Part shown: one piece after another, positions 29,692-39,930 of the stretch
Numbering within the stretch: the stretch's first letter is position 1
Layout: every line of letters begins with the position of its first letter
DNA from: an archaeon
GTDB taxonomy: Archaea > Nanobdellota > Nanobdellia > Pacearchaeales > GW2011-AR1
Length of the DNA stretch: 64,000 nucleotides
Assembly (NCBI GenBank): GCA_018657525.1
Contig: JABHWZ010000004.1
Coordinates: 26,245-90,244 of the forward strand
Direction: 5' to 3'
Translations under genes and position numbers: made by a program
Notes under the pieces: generated by a model
Database searches by the model: none
What the model saw: only the letters and a program-made list of their open reading frames with translations
What the model was told of the DNA's origin: nothing

Positions 29692-29780
29692 AATTATTCT
29701 AATTTATTCTAACTTTTAAATATTCCTATAAGAATAATTTTGTCAGAATTTTATTTAAAGAGAAAGAAAGTTAATTTGTT

Positions 29781-30386
29781 ATGGAAAATAAACGAATAAA
29801 AATAATAGAATTTAAGGATGGAACAAATATAGATTGGAAAGTAGATCATTTTGGGAAGACCCTCTGTAATTCGGGTTTATCTATCTTTGCAGATTATTGG
29901 CCTACATTTCAACAAGCGGATGATTTTAGTTTGCCATATTTTATGGATTTGGAAGAAAGAAAGATAGTTTTTTACTCTTTGTTGAAATCATCTCATGAGA
30001 CAAAACACAAAGTTCCCTGGACGCGAATACAAAAAAGATATACTGGTAATTATGTGTGTGCACGCGGATATGCAATATGTGATGTCAAATATAATCGTTT
30101 CTCTGAATATGTGGAGAAATCTGGTCCTCTTTGGGAGCATATCAGATATTCAGTTAATTTTGAAACTAGAGAAAAAGAAGAAAGCAGAGAAGAATTTTGC
30201 AAGTCTATAGGTAACAATGGCTATTCTTTTGATAAGGACCTTCCTTGCATCCTTCATTCCCCTCTACTAAACTTAAGTAAAGGGAGATTTAATTTAAAAT
30301 CACGAGAATGCTTCCTTACCAAAAATACATTTCGCTCTTTGGAAATTTTTCTGAATAATCAAGGAAGATTATTAGGGGAAAATTAA
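29781..30386 (+). CDS. hypothetical protein (201 aa)
   Basis: ORF only. Confidence 0.45.
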   Translation: MENKRIKIIEFKDGTNIDWKVDHFGKTLCNSGLSIFADYWPTFQQADDFSLPYFMDLEERKIVFYSLLKSSHETKHKVPWTRIQKRYTGNYVCARGYAICDVKYNRFSEYVEKSGPLWEHIRYSVNFETREKEESREEFCKSIGNNGYSFDKDLPCILHSPLLNLSKGRFNLKSRECFLTKNTFRSLEIFLNNQGRLLGEN

Positions 30387-30387
30387 A

Positions 30388-30774
30388 ATGACAAGAAAAA
30401 AACCCAAAGATGGCTGGGTAGCATTGGATTCTGGAACAACCGGTTTTTACAATGCAATATCTTATACAAAATGGGGATATTATGATTCTGAAAAAAATGC
30501 GGCAATGTTTGTTGAATCTAGGGGAGGAAGAAAGACCTCGAGGATATCTTCAATACGAATTACAAGATCAAGGAATATTTCTCAATTAGAAAAAGAAGAA
30601 ATTCTCCGGACTCATCCAGAATATCAAAACTATCTCCGATCAATAAGGGCAGATGAAGAACGCAATAGAAGATACAGTAGGATGATTGAAGAAAATAATC
30701 AAAGGTTGAATAAAAAAGAAAAAAAAGAAAAAGCACGTAAAACAAGAGTTAGTAGAAAATATGGATTTAAATAA
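30388..30774 (+). CDS. basic hypothetical protein (128 aa), R/K-rich C-terminus
   Basis: ORF; start adjacent to the upstream stop, suggesting co-transcription. Confidence 0.45.
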   Translation: MTRKKPKDGWVALDSGTTGFYNAISYTKWGYYDSEKNAAMFVESRGGRKTSRISSIRITRSRNISQLEKEEILRTHPEYQNYLRSIRADEERNRRYSRMIEENNQRLNKKEKKEKARKTRVSRKYGFK

Positions 30775-30780
30775 TAGTGA

Positions 30781-31416
30781 TTATTCCAACATCACATTAA
30801 AAATTCTAAATTCTGCTTTTCTTAAATGATTTTGAAGAGTTGTCCTTGGAACTTTTATTTTTCTTGCCAAATCTTTCAAAGAAATTTTTCTAGGGTATTC
30901 ATAATAACCATTTAATTTAGCAATCTCAAAAAAATTTCTCTGCTTATTTGTCAATTTTGGAACTGAAGTTTGGATAAAGATTTCTGGGACTTTTCGAGTT
31001 AAGGATAAGATATCTATTTTAGCAAATTTTTCTATTTTATCAATAAACTCCGTTAAATTTTTTCTATTCCATGATCCGATTTCCCAATACTCAAAACCTT
31101 TTTTTATTAGAACTGGTTTAATAAAAAATAATTCTGGATTAAAAAAATTAGCGGTATAATTTTTTCCTTCTAATAAAACAATAATCTGGTTATTTTTCAC
31201 TTCTAATTTTTTAACTGATTTTTCTTTTTCCAAACTTTTAATAAAAGCTTTTTTATTTTTTTCATCTCCATTTATAAAAATAACTGCCCCATGAAATTTC
31301 TTTTTGTTCTTCGAAAAATTATTCAGTGGAATCCCGACTGCAGTTATATTAAACTTTTTAGTTCTTGGAGCAATCCAATCTCTTTCATGTTTTATTTTAA
31401 ATTTGCCAAACCACAT
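30781..31416 (-). CDS. transcriptional regulator with C-terminal HTH_10 (bacterio-opsin-activator-like) domain
   Basis: C-terminus ISLKDLARKIKVPRTTLQNHLRKAEFRI matches the HTH_10 signature (..TL..HLR.AE.K.). Confidence 0.6.
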   Translation of the reverse strand: MWFGKFKIKHERDWIAPRTKKFNITAVGIPLNNFSKNKKKFHGAVIFINGDEKNKKAFIKSLEKEKSVKKLEVKNNQIIVLLEGKNYTANFFNPELFFIKPVLIKKGFEYWEIGSWNRKNLTEFIDKIEKFAKIDILSLTRKVPEIFIQTSVPKLTNKQRNFFEIAKLNGYYEYPRKISLKDLARKIKVPRTTLQNHLRKAEFRIFNVMLE

Positions 31417-31529
31417 AAGTGGATAAATTAATCATCATTTTTAAATATTGTGGTCATATGCCTACTAAAGCTATATCTATCGAGAGTTCAATCTTTTATT
31501 AATAAAATTGCTCACAAGAGCAGGAGAAA

Positions 31530-31841
31530 ATGAAAATGACAACAGAATATTATAAAGCAGAGTATGAAGAAATGAAAGGGATAGCTGAAAATCCAAATCA
31601 TCCAGTTCGTAAAGAGATAAGATCTCTTCTTGAAGATGGAATGGTTATAGAGATGGCCCCTGAAAGGACGTGGCCACATCCAGATGACTGCGGAGGTGTT
31701 GAGCAGGGATTTTATCGATATCTTATGGATACCTTTAATGCTGAATATGTAACAGTTGCATTTTCTCTTGAAATGGAATTTAGTCCAGAAACATTTAGAA
31801 AAAAATTTGAATTTTGTAAAAGTGCTTGGGGGATAAAATGA
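31530..31841 (+). CDS. hypothetical protein (103 aa)
   Basis: ORF only. Confidence 0.4.
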   Translation: MKMTTEYYKAEYEEMKGIAENPNHPVRKEIRSLLEDGMVIEMAPERTWPHPDDCGGVEQGFYRYLMDTFNAEYVTVAFSLEMEFSPETFRKKFEFCKSAWGIK

Positions 31842-32323
31842 TGCAGAAGGAATTTGAGAAGATTAAGAAAATATTTTACGAGAGAAATTTAAAAATAGAA
31901 ATAATTCAACATGAAGTTCCTAAAACTAGTGAAGAACTTGCAAGAACAGTTAATTATGATTTAAAACAAGGAATTAAAGCGATTGTTTTAAGCAATGGGC
32001 AAGGAGAATACCTTGTTGTTAATATTCCTGCAAATGAAAAAGTGAATATGAAAAAAGTAGCAGAGCAAATTGGATGGCCTAAAAGCAGGATAAAATTTGC
32101 ATTACCAGAAGAAGTCGAAATCCAAACAGGTTGTAAAATAGGAGAAGTTCCTCCTCTCTATCATAAAAAGAAACTTCCAATTTTGATTGATAAGAAAATT
32201 TATTGGAACAAGAATAATTTCTTTACTCCCGGAATAGTTTCCCATACTATTAAAATTAAAACGGAAACTTTAAAGGATCTTTTCAAGAAAGTTGATGCAA
32301 TTGAAGGAGAGTGGACAAAATGA
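31826..32323 (+). CDS. YbaK/ProX-like aminoacyl-tRNA deacylase domain protein
   Basis: size and motif KAIVLSNGQGEYLVV...GCKIGEVPPL resemble the YbaK/EbsC editing-domain fold. Confidence 0.5.
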   Translation: MGDKMMQKEFEKIKKIFYERNLKIEIIQHEVPKTSEELARTVNYDLKQGIKAIVLSNGQGEYLVVNIPANEKVNMKKVAEQIGWPKSRIKFALPEEVEIQTGCKIGEVPPLYHKKKLPILIDKKIYWNKNNFFTPGIVSHTIKIKTETLKDLFKKVDAIEGEWTK

Positions 32324-32658
32324 GAGAAAAATATTTCACGAGGTCTGAAAAAAAGTTCTTAGGAATCATTAGTGCATTAGCTGCTGCGACTTTGATTTAT
32401 GGAATTTCTGTATTGCCTTCTATTCATGAAAAAGAGAGAAAGGCTCACCCAGAAAGAGTTTACTTAGATCAAGGAAGGGGGTATTTAGAAGATACTACTA
32501 GCCCTCCAGATGGAATTCCAGATAAAAGAGTAGAAATTTATTATATCCCAACCGGATCATTCCAATGGGATTATCCTTGCACTTTAGAAGAAATTAAATA
32601 TTTTCAGAGATATCAGGAGGATAAAAAAACCAATAGAAGATACAGGTTTCCCAAATAA
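32311..32658 (+). CDS. membrane-anchored hypothetical protein
   Basis: one N-terminal TM (LGIISALAAATLIYGISVL). Confidence 0.4.
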   Translation: MDKMREKYFTRSEKKFLGIISALAAATLIYGISVLPSIHEKERKAHPERVYLDQGRGYLEDTTSPPDGIPDKRVEIYYIPTGSFQWDYPCTLEEIKYFQRYQEDKKTNRRYRFPK

Positions 32659-32719
32659 AAGATTATTATCCCCCTAAATAATAATAATAACAAAATAAAC
32701 ATTTAAAAACTTAAAAAAT

Positions 32720-33130
32720 ATGATTATGAAAATGACAATGATGCAACAAATACCTGCGGGTTTAACTCCAGGACAAATAAAACGAAAATATGGTTCAGGT
32801 AATTGGAACCTTTTTGTTCAAATATATCCTGATTATGCTTACGATTTATTTTCTCAATTGGGTTTGGCAGACTTAGGGCGGGCTATTTTGAATGAATGTT
32901 CTAGAAAAGAAATATCACTCTCGAGTAATTTATTAGAAGAGGTTCAATTAAAAATGGATTATTTAAATGAGAAGAGTTCAAGAAGAAGCGTTTCCTATAT
33001 GGGCTCAACAGAACCAGGCCCCCAAAAGGATAATGCTCCCTTGAGTCTAAACTGGAGAGATCAAAATGTCTGGGAAGGAAATGTGCGTAGTTATGAAGAA
33101 TCTGGAAATAATACTAGGATTTTTTTATAA
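32720..33130 (+). CDS. hypothetical protein (136 aa)
   Basis: ORF only. Confidence 0.4.
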   Translation: MIMKMTMMQQIPAGLTPGQIKRKYGSGNWNLFVQIYPDYAYDLFSQLGLADLGRAILNECSRKEISLSSNLLEEVQLKMDYLNEKSSRRSVSYMGSTEPGPQKDNAPLSLNWRDQNVWEGNVRSYEESGNNTRIFL

Positions 33131-33168
33131 TCTTCAGAAAATATTTTTATTTATTACCTTCATCAACT

Positions 33169-36100
33169 CTACTTGTTTGCATTATCCACAGTTTTTGCCT
33201 TGGCTGTTTTCTTATCTTTGTCTTTCTTAATTAACGGACCAATAACATTAACTAACAATCCAGGAAGACCAGTTCCTACTGGCACCGGCTGATTAATAAT
33301 AATATTCTCAACAACACTTGTCAAATTATCCTGGCTACCTTTAATTGAAGCATTAATAAATTGTTTAACTGGCGTCTCGAAAGTAGCTCTTGCAAGTATC
33401 GAAGATTTTTGCGCAATTATTCCCATTCTTGTAACACCCTTAACTTCACCAGTATTACACATAGCATCTGAGATTAATTTTAAATGTCTCTTGTCGATAT
33501 CGATACCTTGACTATTCAACACTTCATTAACTTCATCCATAATTAATTGTCTCGCAGCCTCGATACCAAGAACTTTTGCAACTTCATGAAGATCGTTTGA
33601 AACTATTTTTTTCTTATTAACTTCTTTTAATTTTAACACTTCATCTAAGTTTGTCCCAAGCGTCATAATCACATAATTTGATTCTTTCTTTGCCACAAGA
33701 ATTTGCTCTACGCCCTTAACTCCTGAAATAATTGTATCCTTTAATTTTTCTTTTAATTTATAAATTTCTTTAAAATTAAACTCTTCAGCATTAACCTTAA
33801 TTGCATCTGGTTTTTCTTTTACTTTAAATCCTAAATCTTCTAATCTTTCTGTAATTTTTTTGATTGAAGTATGAGTTTGTTGTAGACCTTTTTTATTAAT
33901 AATTATTTCAATATTCTTTTCACTAAAATCTAAATTTATTTCTGAAGAAATTTCTTTTAACTTAACTTCTTTAATTTTTTCTGCAAAAACTCTTGCATCT
34001 TTTTCATTATTATATTCTTTCTCTAAATAGATTTCCATTTTTGGAGAAGAAGGTTTTTTTCTTGCATCGAAAATTTCAATCAATCTTGGTAATCCTGATG
34101 TGACTTGCATCTCTGCAACACCTGCCATATGGAAAGTATTTAGAACCATCTGCGTCGAACTCTCACCAAATGATTGTGCAGTAATTAATCCAATCGCTTC
34201 CCCGAATTCAACTTGTCCATCGTTCAAATGTAATTTACAAACATCTTTACCATCTTCACCAAATTTGAACTGGATTATTCTATTTCCAGAATCTCTTACC
34301 GTGCCGTCGTATTCAACTCTTAAATCTTGTAATGCATTAGCTAATCTTCTATACAAATAACCTGATTTTGGAGTTCTTAATGCAGTATCCATAAGTGAAT
34401 CTCTACCAGTAATTGCTTGAAAGAAAAATTCATCTGGTCTTAATCCTTTAATAAATGGACTATGGATAAATCCTCTTGACCTCGGAGACAAGTCTCCTTT
34501 TTTAAAGAATGACAATGTTCTATCATTATAACCGATTCCAATTCTTCCGCCCATAAATGCTTGCTGACCTACACATGAAGCCATCTGAGTAATATTCAAA
34601 ACATTTCCACCACCACCAGATTTAATCATATGACTTACTGGATTTGTAGCCGGGAATTTTTCTTTAACAATTGCACCAATCTTTGTTCGGATCTCATTTA
34701 ATGTTTGAAGAACTTTAATCTCTCTTGATTCTTCTGCAGTCTTACCAGGAATAATCTCCAATGTTTTTTCATTATAAGATTGAAGAATTTCTTGAGTTTT
34801 CTTTTCAGATTTTTTAATAATTTCTTCCCCTTCTTTTACAACATCTTCAGATAAATCCAAATCTTCTACTGAGATTGTAATTCCTCTTGAAGTTAAATAT
34901 TTTGTACCCAAATCAAAAACTTTCTTTAAAGTTCCAACCGCTTCAATTCTACCTAAATTTCTGTCTAGCTCTTTTACTAATTCTCCATCTTCTTCTGCAA
35001 AAGCTGTTTTGTCAACAACCCCACTTTCAATTTTTCCACCTTTGACCACTATAGAACTATTCTTAAAGTCAATCTTAGGAATAACTTCTGAGATTATATC
35101 TAATCCAGTGATTTGTTTCTTAGTAATTTCAGAATCAATTCCCGAGTTATATAATAACTGATTTGCTTCTGCTTTTGTTAACTCTGCTAGTCCTAATAAA
35201 TATCCCCCTGTAATTGAATCTGCTTGCGTTCCAAGTAAATTAGTATTATTCTTTGGAGAGATCAAATTTTGCTTAACATCCAATAAAATCTTCGCTTCAG
35301 CACGAGCCTCTTCGGTTTGAGGACTATGGATATTCATCTCATCACCATCAAAATCAGCGTTATAAGGGAATGTTGCCGCAGGATGTAATCTAAAAGTTCG
35401 TCCTGGTAAAACTTTAACATAATGAGCCATTAAACTTCCTCGATGTAACGACGGATGCCGATTAAATAAAACAATGTCTCCATCTTGTAAGTGTCTTTCA
35501 ACTCTATACCCAATATCTAATTCTTCAATAATTTCTTCTTTTAATTCTTCAGTAATCTTTTTTCTTTTCCCATCTGGCCTAATAATATAATTTGCTCCAG
35601 GATATTCTTTTCCTTTTTTAATTAATTTTTTCAATTTTTCAATATTTAAATCATTCACTGTTTCAGCAAAAGTAACTATCTCAGCAATTTCATAAGGAAC
35701 CCCAACTTCATTAATTTCTAAGGAAGGATCTGGAGATACAACTGAACGAGCAGAATAATTAACTCGCTTTCCTGCAAGGTTCTTTCTAATTCTTCCTTCT
35801 TTTCCTTTAATTCTTTCTGTAATTGTCTTCAATGGTTGTCCTGATCGATGTCTTGCAGGAGGAATTCTCGTAGTAGTATTATCAAAGAATGTCGTAATAT
35901 GAAATTGCAATAAGTCCCACAAATCCTCAATGATAACTTCTGGAGCACCAGCATTTAAATTTTCCCATAGTCTTTGATTAGCCCGGATAATGTCTGAAAG
36001 TTTATGAGTTAAATCATCTTCTGATCTCTCCCCTGACTCCAAAATAATACTTGGCCTAATTGTCACAGGAGGAACAAGCAACATTGTGAGAATCGCCCAT

Positions 36101-36663
36101 TCTGGTCTTGCTGAATTGGGATCAACGCCTATTTTTTCAAATTCTTCATCAGGAATATTAGTTAACATCTCTCGAACCTGAGTTGGAAAAAGTCTTTTTT
36201 TCCCAATATAAAAACTAGTAGGTTTCTCTAATTTCACCCTTGGATGCTCAACTCCACAATAAGGACATTTTTTAACATCCTTAGCTTTTTTAGCTCTTTC
36301 ACTTAAAGAATATTTCTTCATTTTTTCTTCGTTCAATAATAATTTCCCACAATCATGACAGAAAGATCTCAAAGCAATTTCAACTAATGGAATATATTTT
36401 AGATGCATAACTGGTCTTGCTAAATCAATACTCCCTGGATGTCCCAAACATTCTTTTAATCTTCCACCACAAGTTCTACATCTAACTCCCGGATCAACTG
36501 CCCCCATTCTTAAATCCATCAATCCACCATCGACAGGGTATCCATCAATATCATAAAGTTCTGGAGTTACTATTTTCGCCGAAGATATTTTCTTAATTTT
36601 CTCAGGACTAACTAATGAAAACTTTATATTCTTTATTTTTTTTCTAATTATTTTTGGTGCCAT
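33169..36663 (-). CDS. rpoA: DNA-directed RNA polymerase subunit A, unsplit (A' and A'' fused in one 1164-aa ORF)
   Basis: N-terminal zinc motifs CRTCGGRLKECLGHPG; catalytic NADFDGDEMN; bridge helix TALRTPKSGYLYRRLANALQDL; trigger-loop region SFGESSTQMVLNTFHMAGVAE (normally the start of A'') all in one frame. Confidence 0.95.
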   Translation of the reverse strand: MAPKIIRKKIKNIKFSLVSPEKIKKISSAKIVTPELYDIDGYPVDGGLMDLRMGAVDPGVRCRTCGGRLKECLGHPGSIDLARPVMHLKYIPLVEIALRSFCHDCGKLLLNEEKMKKYSLSERAKKAKDVKKCPYCGVEHPRVKLEKPTSFYIGKKRLFPTQVREMLTNIPDEEFEKIGVDPNSARPEWAILTMLLVPPVTIRPSIILESGERSEDDLTHKLSDIIRANQRLWENLNAGAPEVIIEDLWDLLQFHITTFFDNTTTRIPPARHRSGQPLKTITERIKGKEGRIRKNLAGKRVNYSARSVVSPDPSLEINEVGVPYEIAEIVTFAETVNDLNIEKLKKLIKKGKEYPGANYIIRPDGKRKKITEELKEEIIEELDIGYRVERHLQDGDIVLFNRHPSLHRGSLMAHYVKVLPGRTFRLHPAATFPYNADFDGDEMNIHSPQTEEARAEAKILLDVKQNLISPKNNTNLLGTQADSITGGYLLGLAELTKAEANQLLYNSGIDSEITKKQITGLDIISEVIPKIDFKNSSIVVKGGKIESGVVDKTAFAEEDGELVKELDRNLGRIEAVGTLKKVFDLGTKYLTSRGITISVEDLDLSEDVVKEGEEIIKKSEKKTQEILQSYNEKTLEIIPGKTAEESREIKVLQTLNEIRTKIGAIVKEKFPATNPVSHMIKSGGGGNVLNITQMASCVGQQAFMGGRIGIGYNDRTLSFFKKGDLSPRSRGFIHSPFIKGLRPDEFFFQAITGRDSLMDTALRTPKSGYLYRRLANALQDLRVEYDGTVRDSGNRIIQFKFGEDGKDVCKLHLNDGQVEFGEAIGLITAQSFGESSTQMVLNTFHMAGVAEMQVTSGLPRLIEIFDARKKPSSPKMEIYLEKEYNNEKDARVFAEKIKEVKLKEISSEINLDFSEKNIEIIINKKGLQQTHTSIKKITERLEDLGFKVKEKPDAIKVNAEEFNFKEIYKLKEKLKDTIISGVKGVEQILVAKKESNYVIMTLGTNLDEVLKLKEVNKKKIVSNDLHEVAKVLGIEAARQLIMDEVNEVLNSQGIDIDKRHLKLISDAMCNTGEVKGVTRMGIIAQKSSILARATFETPVKQFINASIKGSQDNLTSVVENIIINQPVPVGTGLPGLLVNVIGPLIKKDKDKKTAKAKTVDNANK

Positions 36664-36666
36664 TAT

Positions 36667-39600
36667 TTATTCGTATTTGTTTTTTAAATTTAATGTTGTT
36701 TGAATATGTAATCCTTGCAGTTCTTCAAGTAATAATTTGAAAGCATAAGATACTTCAATGTATTCAACGTCCTCTGAATTACAAGTAGAACAATACACTT
36801 TTCCCCTCGCTGTATCATCAATTGCAACCGCACCACATTTAGTACAAATTGGAAGCACAACTTTATCTGAATCATATCTTTCCTTTAATAATAATGAAGC
36901 CCCGTGTGCAACTAATGCTTGCTGTTCCATTTCACCAAGTCTTAACGCTCCTCCTCTTGATCTACCCTCTACTGGCTGTCTCGTTAAAAGTGCAACTTTT
37001 CCAGATGCTCTACCATGAATTTTATTCCCAACCATATACTTAAGTTTAAGATAATAAAGATCACCAATAAATATTCTCGCTTCCATCCTCTTCCCTGTCA
37101 CCCCATTATACATTGTTTCTTTACCATCATATCTAAATCCTAATTTAGTTAATTGCGCTTCTAACTCTTTCTTACCTTCCCCACTAAATGAAGTTCCATC
37201 AACTGTTTCTCCTCTTAAACATCCAACTTTACCAGCTAATAATTCTAATAAATAACCTACAGTCATACGCGAAGGTAAACCATGCGGGTTAAAAATAACA
37301 TCCGGCCTAACTCCATTTGCTGTGAATGGAATATCTGATTCAGGAACAATGGCCCCAATAACCCCTTTCTGACCGTGGGCTGTCGCAAATTTATCTCCTA
37401 ATTCTGGAATTCTTAAATCCCTTGTTTTAATTTGCACAATTTTATTTCCCTCTTTATCTTCTGTAATAAACACTGCATCTACAATTCCTGTCTCTTCTTG
37501 TCGCATAGTGATACTCGCTTCCTTATTTGTTCTTATTGAAATTTCTCTAGCTTCTGATAAAAATTTGGGGGGGGAAGTTTTACCAACCATAACGTCTCCT
37601 CCTTCAACTTCTGCTTCAGGATAAACAATTCCGTCCGGCTCAAGATATTGATAACTCTCTTCAGTTCTATACCCTGAAGTATCTTTTTCAGGTATTCCTA
37701 ATTCATCTTTTAATCCGCCCGCATAATTCATCTCAACAGTTGAATACGGTCTAAAATAAAAACTTCTTCCAACGCCACGATCCAAACTTCCCTTATTAAA
37801 AATCAAAGCGTCTTCAATATTATATCCTTCATAAGTCATAATCGCTACAGTTAAATTCTGTCCCGCGGGATAAGTATTAAGAGTATCATAAACAAAACTT
37901 CTAACAATTGGTTTTTGTGGATATTGTAATATCGAAACATCTGTGTCAAGTCGACAATGATAATTTGCAGCATATAATCCGAGAGCTTGTTTCTGAGTTT
38001 TACTTCCACGATTTAATCTTGAACTTTGATCATGATTTCCATAAGGAACTAATGAAGTTATAACACCAAATAAATCAATTGAATCAATTTCTAAGTGTGT
38101 ATGTTTATCAGTTAACTCTTCTTCTAATAATGCAACCAAAGTATTTTCTTCCTCTGCAGCGTCGAGGTATTCTACAATTCCGTTAGAAACTAAATCCTTC
38201 CATTTCAATTCATCTTGTTCAATTTGAATTAGATGTTCATGTTTTAATCTTGGAATTCCATTATCTACAATAATCAAAGGTCTTAATGCTCTTCCTGGTT
38301 CAGTTGAAATAATCACAATATGAAGCCCATTATTATAAGAAATATTTAGTTGAAGGGGCAATGTGCCAGATCTCCTTTTCTCTCTAATCTTAGATACAAA
38401 TTCTTCAGGCGATTTAACAGATCCAATAAATAGACCATTTAAGAAAACTTCTTCTCCTTCAACACCCGCTGAATCCAATCCATCTGTTTTTAAATCATCT
38501 ATAAATTTAGATCTTTCTAGATTAATTCTTGTAGATATTTTAGATAGGATAGCTAAATTTTTTCTTAAACCAATTTCAGTTCCTTCTGGAGTTTCAATAG
38601 GACAGAATCTACCATAGTGAGTAGGATGCAGTGTTCTTGCCATAAGATTCTCTTGATCAGAAGGCAACATCGAGGCAACTCTTTGCAATTGCGAAATCGT
38701 ATCCAGATAATTTGTTTTGCTCATATTTTGAGTAACCCCTTTTCTTTCTCCAGTCCATGAACCAGTAGCAATAGCTGATTCAACTCTATGTGAGAATAAT
38801 GTTGATTTAGCAATAGTTTTAATTGAATAGAATTTTTTTCTCTTTGAAGATTTTTGTAAAGAGTATTGAATATCCCTAATTAAAATTCCCAAATTAACTC
38901 TAAATAAACTTGATAACAAATCTCCTGAAAGTCTAACTCTTTTATTTGCATAATGATCTTTATCGGTAATTAAAGAAGGGTTCTCTTTGGCGATTAAATA
39001 CTGCTTAATTAATTTACATAATGTAACCGCTTTATTTATTCTATCTTCTTTTTTTGTTCCAATATGTGGGAATAAATACGAGTCAATTCTTTGTTTAACT
39101 CTATCTAAAATTTCTTTTTTTGTACCTTGAAGATTTGTTTTTTCAGCAATATACATCATGGCGTCCTCGGGAGTTGCGATATTTACAAATTCATAAAGAT
39201 TAACAATAACACTATCTGTTTCCTTACCAATATATTTTGCGATGTCTGATTCTTTTGTTAAACCAAGTGCTTTCAAAAGTATTAACGACGGAGTATCTCT
39301 GAATCTACTAAAAGTTGTTTCAATAATTCCCTCTTTATTTTCAGTAATTGTAACCGGAATTCTGTAAGTTCCCTTTAACGAAAAAAGTCTCAACATTAGT
39401 CCACCCTTTTTGTTTGATTCAATAAATGATTGGTTTTCCGCAAGGTCCTCTGCCATAACCATAACTCTTTCATTTCCATTAATAATAAAATAACCTCCTG
39501 GATCCATTGGATCATTATAGTTTGCAATTAAATCTTCTTTAGACATCCCATGCGTGTTACATGCTTTACTTTTTACCATTATCGGAATTCTACCAATTTC

Positions 39601-39930
39601 TACAATCTCTGAATCAATTTGATCATCTTTTTTAACAGTAAGTTCAAGTTTAACCGGAGCAGAATAAGTAAGATTTCTTAGTCGAGCATCGGCCGGAATA
39701 ATTTGAGAAGTGCTTCCGTCAGCTTCGGTCATTTCAGGTTTACCCACTTCTATTTTCCCAAGAGTGATTTCAAAATCTTCATTATTTATTGTCTCTTGAA
39801 TTTCATTCACAATTTCTTGCATCCTCTGTCCTATAAATTCATTAAAAGAAGTGATGTTTGATTCTACTAACGAATGTTCTTTCAGATATTTTTTAATAAT
39901 GATATGTGAGTTTTTGTCTTTAACCATCAT
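36667..39930 (-). CDS. rpoB: DNA-directed RNA polymerase subunit B (unsplit)
   Basis: 1087 aa with conserved RNAP beta-like blocks (GDKFATAHGQKG, NPHGLPSRMTVG) and C-terminal zinc motif CTKCG...CSTC. Confidence 0.95.
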   Translation of the reverse strand: MMVKDKNSHIIIKKYLKEHSLVESNITSFNEFIGQRMQEIVNEIQETINNEDFEITLGKIEVGKPEMTEADGSTSQIIPADARLRNLTYSAPVKLELTVKKDDQIDSEIVEIGRIPIMVKSKACNTHGMSKEDLIANYNDPMDPGGYFIINGNERVMVMAEDLAENQSFIESNKKGGLMLRLFSLKGTYRIPVTITENKEGIIETTFSRFRDTPSLILLKALGLTKESDIAKYIGKETDSVIVNLYEFVNIATPEDAMMYIAEKTNLQGTKKEILDRVKQRIDSYLFPHIGTKKEDRINKAVTLCKLIKQYLIAKENPSLITDKDHYANKRVRLSGDLLSSLFRVNLGILIRDIQYSLQKSSKRKKFYSIKTIAKSTLFSHRVESAIATGSWTGERKGVTQNMSKTNYLDTISQLQRVASMLPSDQENLMARTLHPTHYGRFCPIETPEGTEIGLRKNLAILSKISTRINLERSKFIDDLKTDGLDSAGVEGEEVFLNGLFIGSVKSPEEFVSKIREKRRSGTLPLQLNISYNNGLHIVIISTEPGRALRPLIIVDNGIPRLKHEHLIQIEQDELKWKDLVSNGIVEYLDAAEEENTLVALLEEELTDKHTHLEIDSIDLFGVITSLVPYGNHDQSSRLNRGSKTQKQALGLYAANYHCRLDTDVSILQYPQKPIVRSFVYDTLNTYPAGQNLTVAIMTYEGYNIEDALIFNKGSLDRGVGRSFYFRPYSTVEMNYAGGLKDELGIPEKDTSGYRTEESYQYLEPDGIVYPEAEVEGGDVMVGKTSPPKFLSEAREISIRTNKEASITMRQEETGIVDAVFITEDKEGNKIVQIKTRDLRIPELGDKFATAHGQKGVIGAIVPESDIPFTANGVRPDVIFNPHGLPSRMTVGYLLELLAGKVGCLRGETVDGTSFSGEGKKELEAQLTKLGFRYDGKETMYNGVTGKRMEARIFIGDLYYLKLKYMVGNKIHGRASGKVALLTRQPVEGRSRGGALRLGEMEQQALVAHGASLLLKERYDSDKVVLPICTKCGAVAIDDTARGKVYCSTCNSEDVEYIEVSYAFKLLLEELQGLHIQTTLNLKNKYE

